A DNA stretch of 61,259 nucleotides, filler included, from Squatina squatina (GCA_031763465.1; 4 parts of 4 records of this genome joined end to end with filler, not necessarily neighbours in it), one strand, 5' to 3'; shown: positions 13,186 through 27,440, counted from the first letter of the whole stretch. Notes: a model not told the origin generated them from the letters alone. Numbers and translations: made by a program.

Positions 13186-13446
13186 CTGAAAGCACGCAGC
13201 CAGGATACTCAACACAGGCGCGTTCTGTCGTACTGCTTCGCTCAAAAGATAACGCCAAGGCTTTGGCTTCTCCTGGCACCAATAGAGAACTTGAAAAAGA
13301 TCCACTGGGGACTCGCTCTTCCTGTTGGGTTCCTCCACGGTCACAGTACTGCTTGCTGGCTCTTGCGAGACAAACTGCAAGTTCTGAAAAGCTAGTGTCA
13401 GGTGATCCTGAAGAATGGGACTGAAGTCTTGTAGCAGTGCCTTCAC
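13186..13446 (-). CDS. SPG11: Spatacsin exon (VKALLQDFSPILQDHLTLAFQNL...APVLSILAACFQ)
   Basis: 261 bp, phase 0-0, ag/gtgggt boundaries. Matches human VKSLIQYFSPVIQDHLRLAFENL...QQAPILSVLASCLQ (recalled). Confidence 0.92.
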
Positions 13447-14217
13447 CTATTGAAATGGACCAGATGGCAACATAAGGACATGGTTGCTACTAAAGCAGGG
13501 AGAGCTAGAGCGCTTATTTTGTTTCTTTCCAACAATTCATGGCACTTAAAGCAATTTACTGTCTGCTGTAAAACTTGTCAGGCAGGGCCAATGGATAACT
13601 GGGCCCCAACAGATCTTTTTTAAAAAACAAAAATAAGGTAATTCCGACAAAAAGCTGTTTTTCTCATGCCGAGGTGGAGGGGGATTGATTGTGGATAATA
13701 ATGCAGCAGAGTAGGTACTCTGAGCAATTCCAAGCCAAAACTGATTTTTTTTTTATAAAACAAAGTGAGCTGCAGGAAACTAATCCCCATCATGTCATGA
13801 AAATGTCACTGTACTAAGGAATTCTGTACAAAACACATGGTCCACTACTATTTCTACCCAGCTATTTGGGTATTTTAAAAAAAAAGTCATGTTGCAAGTG
13901 TCAACTTTTATTGGCGTACCGCTCCACAGGCACCAGGTGACCTCCAAGATCTCACCCAGGTACCCAATCTTCACACTCAATCCTCGACAGTGACTGAGAC
14001 ACATAACACCTCACCTAATCATCGCCTGACATCCATACATTCCACTTTCCAGCACTGAATAGTGATCATGATTGAGAACTATAGCAGATTCTCCCCTCCC
14101 TCGCTGAAAGGCACTGAGGCCTTCGGCAAGATCAATTAATTCAACACAGGCCAGCTTTCAAACCGGAGACCTTCTGGTCTGTGTGGCCAAGGTGCACACT
14201 CTTCCTTTATTGACTGA

Positions 14218-14317
14218 NNNNNNNNNNNNNNNNNNNNNNNNNNNNNNNNNNNNNNNNNNNNTTAATTAATTAANNNNNNNNNNNNNNNNNNNNNNNNNNN
14301 NNNNNNNNNNNNNNNNN
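14218..14317. other. Artificial spacer 44N-TTAATTAATTAA-44N
   Basis: Identical 100-nt construct occurs three times. TTAATTAATTAA gives stops in all six frames. Confidence 0.97.
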
Positions 14318-16983
14318 ATGCTGTAATGCTGGTGGCCTTGAGGGTTAGGCTAGGTTCAATCCCCTACCTACCGAACTTCTGGATCTCAGTTATATAATTA
14401 CAGGAAAGTGCTGAACAGAGGCAAAAAAAGATGGGAAGAATAAAGAACAAGTTCATACCAGCCCACTCTCACTTACCTCTTTCTGGCAATTCAGAGCAGC
14501 TTTGCTGAGCCCCACCTATCATTTCAACTACGATTAAAGCATGGCCCAGAGAGAAAAATGAGTGGGAAAATAGAGAGAAATTCCCCTGAAATAAAGGGCA
14601 GAAAAAATTCAATTTACCTCCTGCATTTTCAGTCATCAAAGCTGTCTTTTTAAATGTATATTCTTTTATACATCATATGGAAGAGTTCATCATTGGTTCT
14701 TAATATGTACTCTGGGAAAATAGCCTTAATTCCTGCAGGGTTAGGATAAAAGGAATGAAGTAAAAAAGAAAATAACACATAATTTTTGTGGTTCAAAAGA
14801 CATGTCTATCATAAAACCTTTACCCACCAATTTCTCTGATTTACAAAAGAATTCACAGAAGTGAAGCAGTAATGAATGAAGAAGTGCCTCCCAGCCATAG
14901 GTAACTGAATGTAAGTGGCGAAAATTCAGATTTCTGATCTTTAACCTTTAACTTCAACCTTCCCTTCTTTCATCCCAATCTAAACTTACACTGCACACTC
15001 AGGCACTTCTGCAAATATTGACTTTTCAACAGTAGGACTTGTTCTTCCAATATTGCTTCTAAATGTTTTCTGCCCCACACTGTCACATTTACAGATTACA
15101 ATAATTCAATTGTAGTTAACTGCAAAGCATTATGATACACAGTAAAAATCTTTAAAAAAAAAATAAAGCTGAGAGAAAGGCAATATTAAGAAAAAGAAAG
15201 TGGAGTTAAAACAGAACTATAATTGGTTAGTTATTTAGTTATGGTACAACTCAAAGCCTTGTTAATTGGACAATTTAGAGGGTGCTTGAGGGATGACATC
15301 AGCCAAAAGTGTCCCCTGGGACTGTGTCTGCTTTGTATGTTTTAGCAAAAATTTAACAGAGACGGAGCACCAAAAAATGATAGGTCCCAATCAGTGCAGA
15401 AACAGAGCAAGTCATTGACACCAGTGTTAAGAGGTGATGTGCTCCAAGGAGATCCCCTTGACTTAGGTTACGCCAAAGCAGTTACTTTACAGTTTGTCTG
15501 TTAAAACAGGAAAGAAACAGGAATCCTTTAAGCAGTCCTGGAAAAAGAAGAAAACCTAACCAGGGATAAGTAGTTACCTTTGATAGATTCAGTACCATTG
15601 GAAAGAGAACTGCATAAATACTTGAAAGGCTATGTGGAAAGAGCAGGGGAGTGGAGTTCATTGGATAGCTCCACCAAAGGGTTAGCACAGATATGAAGGG
15701 TTGAAAGGCCTCCTCCTGTGCTGTATCATTCTATAATTCTATGATTCTATGAATTAGTTGATGATGTAGGATGGTTCAGGATGTAAACATTGACTTCCAG
15801 AAACATCTGATAAAGTTGGTCAGAAGACAATGCTCCCCAAAAATGAAAATTCTTTGGAGAAAGTTGACAATTGTAGATGATTTTGTGAGGAACAAAGGTT
15901 GTGATTAGTTATAGTAGTTCTAACTGGGTATCAAGGTCAATTGGAACATCCTAGGGCCAGGCACAACACTTGCAGCAGAAAATACTGTTCACAATTATCA
16001 ATGATCTTCATGAAGCAGTTGACAGAGCTTAAACTCTGACCAATACCATTAATCTATAAGGGTTTAAATGAAAGAGTAGCAATTTAAGCATTTAAATTAG
16101 ATACAACAACCAGAAAGACAAATAACAGATGGTGCTTAATATTGAGAAGTGACTGTAAAATAGCAACAGTAATTAGAGACTATACTGAAATAAGATGGAT
16201 CAAGGGAAGGTCTCACAGTTGATATTGAAAATGTAACAGATTTACTAAATGGATTTTATTTATGTTAGAAATTTCCTTTGCAAACTACCAGATAGTTGTA
16301 AAAACCCGTTTGGTTCACTAATGTCCTGTAGGGAAGGGAATCTGCTGTCCTTACCCGGTNNNNNNNNNNNNNNNNNNNNNNNNNNNNNNNNNNNNNNNNN
16401 NNNNNNNNNNNNNNNNNNNNNNNNNNNNNNNNNNNNNNNNNNNNNNNNNNNNNNNNNNNGAGACCTTGTGGACCCAGCTCCAATGGGTCTGTGGAGCAAG
16501 AACCTGCTATCGTCCCTCAGGATAACAGCATTTCTACTCCCACTCTGCCATTGCCCTTGCCGCTGCCTATTAGCTAGCCAGCCCAGACTGCAGCCGTCAT
16601 TGCCGAGGTGGTGCAGTCTACAGCGGGACTTCTTGGTTTGCAGCTGGTCGAAGTCATCATGCAAGGTCATCTGCAGTCTCCCCCACTGAAAGTCAGCAGC
16701 CTTTCACCAGCCATGCTGCAGCCACTGGGGGAGCTCTGCGTAGGAGCACCAGCACACTAACGACAGGCACTAAGGGAATGCACAAGGGTGATTTGTTGAT
16801 ATTCTAATGTTGATTGGATTTATGGCTTTTGTTTGGAATGTGTGTTTTGTGGTGGCTCTCATTTCAGCTGTGTACCAAGAAGGATGCTGTGATGTCCCAT
16901 GACAGAGGTATGGTATAATGGGGAAGTAGTGAGCAACAGGGATCCGAGGTTTCATTCACTGGAATTGGAATCAGATTAAGGGC

Positions 16984-17953
16984 TCATGGACAGCCCATCT
17001 GGAATGGCGATTTAGTGCCTGCCTCCTCCATCTCACCACTTCCTTGCCCTTGTCCTGTTCCTCCTCTCCCTGCTCCTGATGTGGTNNNNNNNNNNTCCTG
17101 CAATCCCTGGTGGTAAGGGCTGTGCCCACATGATAGCAAAGTTGTGAAGCATGCAGCTGACCGCCACAAAATGGACACCCACTCCGGAGGGTACTGGCAG
17201 GCTACTCCCGAGCGTTCAAGGCAACAGAACCATTGCTTTAGCACCCCAATGGACTGTTCAATGGTGTTCCTGGTGGCAGCGTGTCTGTCATTATATGAGT
17301 ACTGGGGACAAGTGGTGGGGTTGCAGAGAAAGGTCTTTAACCAGGTGTAGAGCAGATAGCCCTTGTCTCTGAGCAGCCACCCTTGGGTTTGATGTGGTGG
17401 CTGGAAGATTGCTGGTACAGAATGAAAGCATCATGACTGCTGCCAGGGTAATGGGCATTCACAAGTATGATATGCTGGGCATGGTCGCACATGTTAAGTT
17501 ACTGCTTGTTACTGCATGTTAAGTAAGTGGTAGCCTTTGCAGTTACGGAACATCTCGGGATTGATATACGGCACTCGCAAAGCCACTTGTGTGCAGTTGA
17601 TGGCACCCCAAATCATGGGGAAGCCCACTATCCTGGCAAAGCCACATGCGTGCTCATCCTGTTTTGCTCTGTTCAGAGAGAAGCCAATGTAGTTCCTTCT
17701 CCTAGAGTAGAGAACCTCTGTGACCTCTCAGATGCAGCGGTGTACAGCAAACTGTGTGATGTTAGCTGTGTCTCCTGTTGCAAACTTGAAAGATCCACTG
17801 GTGAAGAAATTGAGGGCCACGGTGAACTGAAGGCCCACTGGGAGAGCTGTGGTCATCCCGCTCTGTGACTGCAGGTCTGGTTTAAGGAGGTGGCAGTGTT
17901 CTGTGACCACCTCTTTGGTGAAGTGGAGCCTATTAATATATTGCTCCTCACTT
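16984..17953 (-). mobile_element. Harbinger/PIF transposase relic (HARBI1-like DDE), frameshifted
   Basis: Fragments RLHFTKEVVTEHCHLL, TVALNFFTSGSFKFATGD..NITQFAVHRCI, GFPMIWGAINCTQVAL, WLLRDKGY and TRNTIEQSIGVLKQWFCCL are typical of Harbinger transposases. Confidence 0.88.
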
Positions 17954-20900
17954 NNNNNNNNNNNNNNNNNNNNNNNNNNNNNNNNNNNNNNNNNNNNNNN
18001 NNNNNNNNNNNNNNNNNNNNNNNNNNNNNNNNNNNNNNNNNNNNNNNNNNNNNCACTAACTGTATAATTTCTTGTTCTTGCTGAGGTGGAAGTGAAAGCC
18101 TGAAGATGGAAAGCTGCAGTATCTATTCTGGGTGTGCTTCCAAGGGCTTGCATTTCAAATTGTACTAACCTCCGAGCTGCACAACAGGGGTGACGTCTCT
18201 GAAACACAGATGGACTACTGCATAAGCTACAGAATTTAGACTTTCTCTCAAGTAAATCTGCTAAAAGTAATAATAAGTCTTAAAATGTAACTATTAAAAC
18301 AGTGTAGTTCTTAAAAATAATCTGTTGCAAGCCAAACAAACAACTCGAGAGCAGTATTTCTTGGAAATATAAGTCACTAGTGCCCATGCCTTCAAACTTA
18401 TTTGCACCTGGAGTACTCAGTAAAAAGAGATTAGAGATTAAACAGAAATCAAAATGATTAAATTACAGAACTGAAAACAGGGAATAGTTCAGTTTTATAG
18501 GTGTACTTTGGAATATAGCCCTGACAAATATTGAGTATCCACTCAGGGAGACTAACAACTGATGAAAACGCATCAAAATACATCAAAAGTGTATACGGAG
18601 GGCATTTACTCCCAATTGCTGCATCGGCCCAGATTAATATTAGGCAGTCCCTCGGGTTCGAGGATGACTTGCTTCTACTCCGGAGTTGTGTGTTCTGAGG
18701 TAACTGAAAAGTCCGATGCGGGATCCGCAAACTCAACCATAGGTGGGGCAGGTGGTATTTTGGTGGGGCGAGAGGATGGGATGCTTGTGTTTCCGCGCGG
18801 TCCTTCCGCNNNNNNNNNNNNNNNNNNNNNNNNNNNNNNNNNNNNNNNNNNNNNNNNNNNNNNNNNNNNNNNNNNNNNNNNNNNNNNNNNNNNNNNNNNN
18901 NNNNNNNNNGCATTTAAGAAATTAAATGTACTATAGAATCATTTCTAGGTTTGATTTTTTTTTACATTGAAAGCTAGAAGTACTGTAATCACATAAACTG
19001 GACAAAATTACCAGTTCCTAATCTTCTTTGTCTGGATTATGTCCTACTTCTCCCGTCCCCACACATTCCAAGCACTTAAAATCCATCTTCCAAACTTTGT
19101 TCCAAAGCATGGGAACACAAATTGTACTGGGCAACAAACTCGTACAAGCACAATTCTGTGTGCCAAATTCTGCATTAATATTAAACATGGCAGTTTATTT
19201 CAAATTTATTTTCAATGTTACTCAATAAATAATTTAATGGTATACAATTATGTTATATTACAATTTAGGATCTGAATACAGTAAAACTACCTCAAAGTAT
19301 TGCATTAGAAATGTGATAATTATTTTCAGCAAGAACTTGAACTTAAACCTGTTTAAAGATGGTAATCTTCATATAAGTTATATTATTAAACTCATTGGAT
19401 ATTTAATATTGTCTGCAAAATACAATCACCAAAATGTTTCAAAATTGCTTATAGAATAATTTTTCAATTTCAAAGTAACATCTAATACAGATGTTTAGTA
19501 CAGTTTGTGTTAAATTAATCTCTATTGTAATGTAATGCCCTCACTACCCTCTTTGCTTTGACAATTATGAGTAATGTGTTGTGGACTCCCTTTGTAATTA
19601 GAAAGTAAATTAAACCTCTCTTGAATAATGGTTGGAGAGAGACTGCTGAATCTTCAACAGGGCTGACCATAGGTCTTTTGCTAAGTGTTTTGGTCCTATT
19701 GATTGTGACTGTCTACATATGAGGTTTCAATAATCTGATAACGTGCCATTAATTATGAAAATTCCCTAACTGTTTCCTTTGCCTTTAGTGACTGTAAATC
19801 TTCAGGCGGAGGATTCTGAAGTGATATTTCTGTGTTTCAGTCCAGCAGTATCTCAGTAACAGGAATGTAAACCTAATTATAGAGTAATAAAGCTGCATTT
19901 TGAAATTCTATTATAATTGCCTGAGGACAAAGATAATGGGGGTCGGCTTTGAGGCCTCCTGCCTAGCACAAGTGGGATAGTCCATGGTAGTGTCCCAAAA
20001 ATGGGGAGGAATGATTTACTGGCCTGTTCCCAACGATGGTGTGGCCATTCCTATCTCCCCTCAGGGTCGACCGTTGGGCAGCCTGAGTGCCCACTTGAAG
20101 CAGGAGGTAGACTCTTTTAATATGCAAATTGGGTCCTATGACATATGTAGGACAGCAGTGGCATTTTAGGACAGTACTGGGTGGAGCTACAGCTGCGCAT
20201 GCTCTGTCTATTATCAGCTCGTGGTCCAGCCAAAGACTAGCCCAGCAGTTCATTTGTAAGTTATTTTTGTGGGGCTCGGAGAATTAGGAGAATCGACACT
20301 CTGTCCGATCACCTCCTTCTTCTTTCATCCCGGATCCAGCGGGTTGCCCTGGAGCGCATCTTTTTGTCTGCAGCTTGTCGGTCCTAGGCTAATGAGGCCC
20401 AGCCCTCAAAATGAACCGGGCCTTCCGTTCGGGCAGATGACAGCCGCACTCCATCGGCTGGCTGCCTCAACACTGCTTGGGGTTGGAACAAAATCAACCC
20501 AGTGTGTGGTAAAATTTGCTTGTAACTGGCATGAATTGAATGATAGCAACAAATCTGGTTGTCTTTGTCTTTGAAATGTACCTTGGCAGTGATTTTACAT
20601 ATAAAGGCCAACAACCCCTTCACATTAGCAGCAGGAGGTGCTCTAAGCTAGGTTTGAAAGTCAGGGCTTTCTATTTGTTTATCTGCTGAGTTAAGGGTGG
20701 TTAGACACAACAGAGGAATTGCCGCACCCTTTTATCAAACATTTATTTGAGAACTGAAGTATACTTTCTGATTTCAGAGATGCCTGAGTTGCACAATCTA
20801 TATTTGTTATCATTCTTCTTTCTCTAATGACTTGTTCACTTCTGTTTCACATTACAAGGTCTAATACTTAATGCACATCTAAAGTTGCAGTTGCCTTTAC

Positions 20901-22334
20901 TGATCTTATTTTAATTCAGAATAACACTGAGCCTCCACTCATCATATAACTGTGCACACCTACTTAAAAAGTACTACAGGTTTTTTTTTAANNNNNNNNN
21001 NNNNNNNNNNNNNNNNNNNNNNNNNNNNNNNNNNNNNNNNNNNNNNNNNNNNNNNNNNNNNNNNNNNNNNNNNNNNNNNNNNNNNNNNNNNCCCTCGCAA
21101 TCCAAAAAAATTACTTTCCCAGAATATTATTTCAGAAAAAAATATGGAAAATAACTGTTATGCAATGTATTTCACCGCACTGGAGGACGGGAGTGGTTAG
21201 GCATTGCCCCTTCTCCTCTGGAACATGCTTTCAAATCCAGGCCAGATTGATGGAATGAAAATCTAATCTGTCTGCTTGTTGTCAAGAGTCTTTTCTGAAT
21301 TGCATTTGGCCAGCCTCAACCCAGTTCCCAGTGGACACACAAATAAAATTGCCCCTAGATGACAGATTCACTCAGAGAGACCACTAGATATCTGGAGTGG
21401 AAAATGGAGAACTGCTTTTTTGGTGCAGTACTTGACTTTCTCCTGCTGTATGGCCGAGACCCACTGTAGGGGCAGAGTAGAGGGAGCTCGATGGATCGAA
21501 CTGTGCTATAGCTAACCTGAGAGTGTTTGGTGCTGACACTGAATGCCTGAAACAGAATGTGTTCCATTCCCCAGGACTAACCTCCCTTTCATAGACAACA
21601 ACAGGTTTTTTTTTAAGTTATTTGTAATCCGTATCTACAGAAGATAGTGGCAAGGTTAAAAGTGGAAGTAGAAATTGCTCATGAAAGCAATGAATACTAA
21701 AGAGCTTATCTAAATCCCACTAAAAAGCAGCTGCTTTGTTTGAATTAAATCTCTTTTATACTTCGGCCAAACTGAACTCCAGCTGAGTCATCAGCGGTTA
21801 AAATAGGCCTGACTACTGAATGTGGAATAAAAGTATTTATAGCCAAAGAAATCCTACTTAACTTCACTAACTGCTAGAAAGGTTACAGTAAACAGGCACC
21901 GAATGACTTTGGAAAGGATTGTGTATCAGCACAACCGGTCTTTATCAACAGCCAGAGATAGCTTGTCACTGCAGGGTGAAATGTTACAAGAATTTAAGAA
22001 AATTATATAGTTTGCAGAGAGCATTCGAAGTAAATTACAAACCAGGGTCCCAGCTTTGTCAATCATAGTCATTTATAGCATAGATAAAACATTTTTATCT
22101 CTTCAAATGAACAATCTTGACCCTGGTTTTGCCCAACAATGTTAGAGAAGCTAATTTTTTTTAAAAACTGCAACTATGATTTATAATTATGCAGTAATTA
22201 AATGGCTCAGGTTTCTAATTGTCAAGTATTAGTANNNNNNNNNNNNNNNNNNNNNNNNNNNNNNNNNNNNNNNNNNNNNNNNNNNNNNNNNNNNNNNNNN
22301 NNNNNNNNNNNNNNNNNNNNNNNNNNNNNNNNNN

Positions 22335-22557
22335 ACCACATCCACTGGTTCACCCCTATCCACTCTACTAGTTACATCCTCAAAAAATTCCAGAAGATTT
22401 GTCAAGCATGATTTACCTTTCATAAATCCATGCTGACTTTGACCGATCCTGTCACTGCTTTCCAAATGCGCTGCTATAATATCTTTAATAACCGACTCCA
22501 GCATCTTCCCCACTACCAATGTCAGGCTAACAGGTCTATAATTCCCTGTTTTCTCTC
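22335..22557 (-). mobile_element. CR1 LINE reverse transcriptase fragment
   Basis: VVGKMLESVIKD...QSQHGFMKGKSCLTNLLEFFEDVTSRVDRGEPVDV; cut by an N gap. Confidence 0.92.
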
Positions 22558-23855
22558 TTTATTGGGCTTGGTTTACAATTAATAATGTCAAATGGCCAGG
22601 GATCGCATGCATTTTGGGAGACAACCCTATGCACATGGCTTCCTTTGTAATGCTGATTTATATATTTATATTGTTTCAGTACAAACTCGTCGATCAAATT
22701 AAACCCGATTTGGATCTTCTGTCTGTACATACTGCAACCCATCCCCATGTTATCAGACTGAAGTCATTGCTCCTACTGGTCCCTGCTCAATAACCTGAAT
22801 TTCTGTTCTTTGTAGGTAGCTCAGATGTGGATCAGACATTGATTGCGTTGCTCCTGATCCTCTGCTACACTTGCTGTGGCATATTCCAATTATTTTTCCA
22901 GCAAATTGTGGTGTGAATTCGCCACTGAAGGATCATGGAGCTCAATGGTCTAATTTAAGACGTTCGTTGCCAACATAATCATTGCCGAGAATTCAATTGA
23001 CGCTAATAGTACCGGAACAGAAATATAAACATAGCCTCCAGCAGTGCTGACTGCTACTCTTTTTTCCATATACAGTGCTGGTCAGTGGTGTTGTTTTCCT
23101 GATCAGTGACCTTTATGGATATTTCCCAGTGAATCATGACTTTCAGTCAACTACACATGCATAAGCTTGTGAACATCTAGGTGTTTGCTGCTGCAATATG
23201 CACAGCACCTTGAATAAGTTCCATAATGCAAACACAACATAAGTACTTTATACAGGGGGAAATGGAAGAATCTCATTCTTCAGCACCGCAATAACAAAAG
23301 GAACATTCAGGATGCCTTCCTGGCATTGCAAACATCCAGCTGAATAGTTTTTAATCTTCCATTAATCATTTTTTATATATAGTTGACATGAGGTATATGC
23401 AGTGAAGAGATAAATTAAATCAGAAACCTTGAGTGGGTAAATAGTTACCATTTTATCACTTCAAATAGTCACTTTCAAACACCTTATTAGGATGAACAAA
23501 GGTCAGAGTAAGCAATTGGGGGAAAAAAAGATTTGCTCCAGCTGTGAGATTATACCAGACCAGTATTCATATTCTTTTACATCCTCTACTGAGAGGTCTC
23601 TTTATCATTTTGCAATTAAGTTAAATTGGGATTTGAATGATCAATTATATTGATCTTCTGTCCGCATGCTCTTGTAAATGTGCTGACCTAATCCTCATCT
23701 GACTGTCGGTCAATAGAGTTTCAACCCTTGCCCTCACTATTACTCCTGTAGTAGATCCAAAGTATTTTCTAAATATCTTTTTTTCTTATTTAGCCAATAT
23801 GACACTTTGCATGACTTATATCCAGGTCTACATTTAGTTACAATAGTTGGCAGAC

Positions 23856-23996
23856 CTCATACATTCTCATTACGAACAGATACTTCCACATTTCTCCATT
23901 CTCCCTATGATCCATGCTGCTGAGTTGAGAAAGCACCTCTCCTTGTAAGATGTCAATGGCATAGATGTACAGTTCCTCCTGTTCCTTCAAATCAGG
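23856..23996 (-). pseudogene. Still-open exon of the unidentified pseudogene
   Basis: 141 bp, phase 0-0: PDLKEQEELYIYAIDILQGEVLSQLSSMDHRENGEMWKYLFVMRMYE. Acceptor ttccttag, donor gtctgc. Confidence 0.65.
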
Positions 23997-25608
23997 CTAA
24001 GGAATAGTTATCTTGATGTTTCAAAGATTAACCTCACAATTTAAATGTCTGTAAATGGCCCTTTTAGCATGATTGAAATGCCAATAATTTTTAAGTAAAT
24101 GAAAGCAGAGTGGAGAAAATATCATACACATATTTCTACATGGTCTAATGCATTCTTCTACACCAATTTATTGCTGCCAAATATTCCTTAATGTGGCAAA
24201 ACAGAATATCAAAATAGCTACTTACTAACTTCATCTTGTGGTGTATAAGTAGTCATTTCTTGAAATATTGTAGGGGCTAAATTGGGCTCTGTTGCACTCA
24301 TTTTTTAGGCATTACGTGGCCACCTAATGCTTGAAAATGGTGTCCGAGATGCGCGCGCAGACTCCTGATGGGAGTTGCACNNNNNNNNNNNNNNNNNNNN
24401 NNNNNNNNNNNNNNNNNNNNNNNNNNNNNNNNNNNNNNNNNNNNNNNNNNNNNNNNNNNNNNNNNNNNNNNNNNNNNNNNAGGTCAATACATTTATTAGA
24501 AACTTGTGAAATGCTCTGCTAATGTTATAGATGTTATTCAATTCTTTTAATTAATCAGAGGTAGTGGTAAAGAGACAGAGAAAGGAGTGAATGGGAAAGG
24601 ATTCGTTATCAGATATTACGACGTGCTCTATTTAGGATCTCCTGTTTATTTCTATAAGCAAATAACAAAACAATTATTTTTTTTCCATGAAGTAAGTAAC
24701 ACATTTTTTGTGATGTATTTTAGAAGACCCAATGAAACTTTACGCTGGTCAGTAATCATTCAGGCTATACTTAAAACTTGCAAATAAGTATTAGTACAAA
24801 TTAGACAGTAAAGCTTCCTTTCCGTTATGGGTTTCACTCAATTTCGGTTGGTTCTGTAAAATATCCATCAAATATGTAGAGCTAGAGAAACACTGAGGTT
24901 GCCCACTCTGTTAGTGTTTTAGCTAAATTATATGTGTTATATCAAGAGCATGAAAAAGGGACATATTTTGAAAGTTAAATCTTAGACAGGACAAGGCTAC
25001 TGTGATTCTAATCTTTGGATTTAGATGCTTGGCCAGCTATTATCACATCATTTTGTGGCCAGCTTAGAAAGCAGCACTGTTCAACATGCCACTGCAATAA
25101 TTGTCACTTAGATGGTATGATCAGAATAACACAATTGCAGACTCAAGTGGAAATAAAGCACTTTAAACATTTATAAATTTCTATGTTAGTAAAGTAAAGG
25201 GCAAGAAAAAGAAACACTGTAAGCTTAATGCATTATATTTATAGCAAGGGCAAAGTAAAGATCACTCGGCACATTTTAAAATTCTGTAACTTTAGCCAAA
25301 AGGAAACAGCAAAATGATATAAAGGCACAACATCGTGGGCCGAAGGGCCTGTTATGTGCTGTATGTTCTATGTTCTATGTTCTATACACTAAAACTGTAA
25401 AATCCAAAACTGTTCGGATGTGACCCTCAAAGTACCCTGAAAATTAGGGGTGTTAGGAAAATATCTTGGAAAGTAAATGAACTTCACTTTTTTAAAATTC
25501 TTTTATCTGGATTGGAGTTTTGCCCTGAACATGAATAAATGACAAAAATAATGATACCATCAGTCNNNNNNNNNNTACAATGATTAAAGCTATTTTGCAT
25601 CTAAACAC

Positions 25609-25799
25609 TTGAAATATTCTCCAGGTCCCTCTGATAAGGAATTCTACAGCCATACGTATGTCGAATGAATCAAAACTTTGTTTCCATGCTGCCAAAGTTG
25701 CATAATAGCTTAAGAATTGATGTTGATGATTTTCTTCAAGGTATGTCTGCTCGGGCATTGCAACATTTAGAAGATCTTTATCTGAGGCAGCATTTTTAT
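25609..25799 (-). pseudogene. Still-open exon of the unidentified pseudogene
   Basis: 191 bp, phase 1-0: (D)KNAASDKDLLNVAMPEQTYLEENHQHQFLSYYATLAAWKQSFDSFDIRMAVEFLIRGTWRIFQ. Acceptor ttttcatcag; weak donor gtgttt. Confidence 0.65.
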
Positions 25800-27019
25800 C
25801 TGATGAAAATGGAAATACGTTTTTTTCTTAAGAATAACTTTGTTTTCAGTAGTCTGTATAAATGCAATAACCCTGAAAAAACAGTACAGGTATTCCACCT
25901 AAAGAAGGCTATTGGAGCAAGTGATATAAAAGGAGGTGATGTCTGAAGAGTTATTTTATATGTATATCAAAACGAAGTTCAAGTAATAGCTGCAAGATGG
26001 TTTGTGCTTTTGAAACAGCAATAACATTTATTCAATGTTTTACAGCAAAATTCTTTCCTGTAAAAATGAAGANNNNNNNNNNNNNNNNNNNNNNNNNNNN
26101 NNNNNNNNNNNNNNNNNNNNNNNNNNNNNNNNNNNNNNNNNNNNNNNNNNNNNNNNNNNNNNNNNNNNNNNNGGTTACAAGGGAAATGAGTTTTGTTCAA
26201 TTGAACGTGCATGATTTGAAGACCTTGCCATGTTTCCGTGCCGCAATAGAAACCCACAACATGTACAGTCAAATTGAATTCATTAAAAATCCTTTATACC
26301 ATAGCTGAAAATTCTCATTGGTGGTAAATTTGCTGCTGATGTACTCCAAATAGTCGGAAGTGATTTACTCCAATTCGACATTACATTACCCCTTCCCGTC
26401 ATTGCATCTCGGGGCTGGTATAAACAGTCTGTCTGGATTTAATCTACAAAAGTAGTCAACGCATGTGCTGGACAATTAATTTATTACCTCCTGACAAACT
26501 AACAGACTTGGTAGCAGCCCCAATATTATCATTGATGGATTGCATTCAGTGTGGGTCATCTTGACCTGAGCTGAATGCAACCATATGGAGCTGATAGCAT
26601 AAACAGGCTACAAGTGTTTGAACCAAAGCACAAATTTTACTTGACTTTTGACTCTCTAATGCAGAAGTAGAAATGAAAAACATAAAGAAGCAAAATAATG
26701 TAAGCATAAAAGGAGCAGTGAAAGGGTGAAAATAAATGAAAATGAAAGGAAGGAAATAAACAGTAGTTTTACCAATTTGTTTCTTTGGATAGGAATCAAT
26801 TTTTTTCCATATTCTTCCATCTCCAGAGAAAATCTTGTAAATGATTGACCACTTTTGTTCCATACCATGGCATATCAAAAGAGAAAATATCCACATGCTT
26901 CTACAGGCCAATATCAATACAGCTATACATATAAATTAACTGACTTACTCGGAATCTACAAAATATGCTCTGGTTTATTAGTTTTAGCAATCATCGTCTC
27001 CCAATGCATGTACAACTTA

Positions 27020-27440
27020 TGGGGGGAGAAATTCCCCAGTGCCACGTCGGGAGTGTTCGGGCTCTGGGACCGGGCTTTTTAACGCCAGCCCCGGACCTCT
27101 CGCTCCCGGCGCGGTATTCAGGTTAATGCCCCTCAAATGTCTGGAGCGCAGCGCTGATGTCGTCAGCGGCCCCGCCCTCTGAACTAAAGGGGAGGGCCGC
27201 CGGGCAGGGAAACAGCCCCGATGGCCGCCACTGGGCCACCAGGGTCGCCGCTGACTGTGCCGCCAGTCCAAAGAGTCGGCTGACAAAAAAAAATGGCTGC
27301 TGCCGGCACTCTAGCCCTCCCCATTAACAGGTCGTGGGAGAATTTGACCCATGGGCCCACCCAGGGCACCAGGCGCATGAGAAGTCGTCGCGGCGGGATG
27401 TTGAACATTCCCGATGCGGTGCTGGGGAATTTCTCTCCCA
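27020..27440. mobile_element. MITE with about 35-bp imperfect TIRs
   Basis: Left gggagaaattccccagtgccacgtcgggagtgtt versus reverse complement of right end gagagaaattccccagcaccgcatcgggaatgtt; GC-rich interior. Confidence 0.75.

Noticed and set aside
14262-14273. TTAATTAATTAA as a biological palindrome
   Set aside because: It is centred in symmetric N runs three times, so it is an artificial linker.
19735-19782. 48-nt GC-AG intron in the unknown pseudogene
   Set aside because: Too short and in frame (AKETVREFS*LMARYQ), so better read as part of one exon, 19616-19872.
25625-25740. Plus-strand exon with cag/gtatgt ends
   Set aside because: Stops in all three frames; the minus strand gives an open exon whose phases fit its neighbours.
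19616-25799. RGS-like domain assignment for the unknown pseudogene
   Set aside because: The resemblance relied on a reading frame that does not fit the splice phases; no real support.
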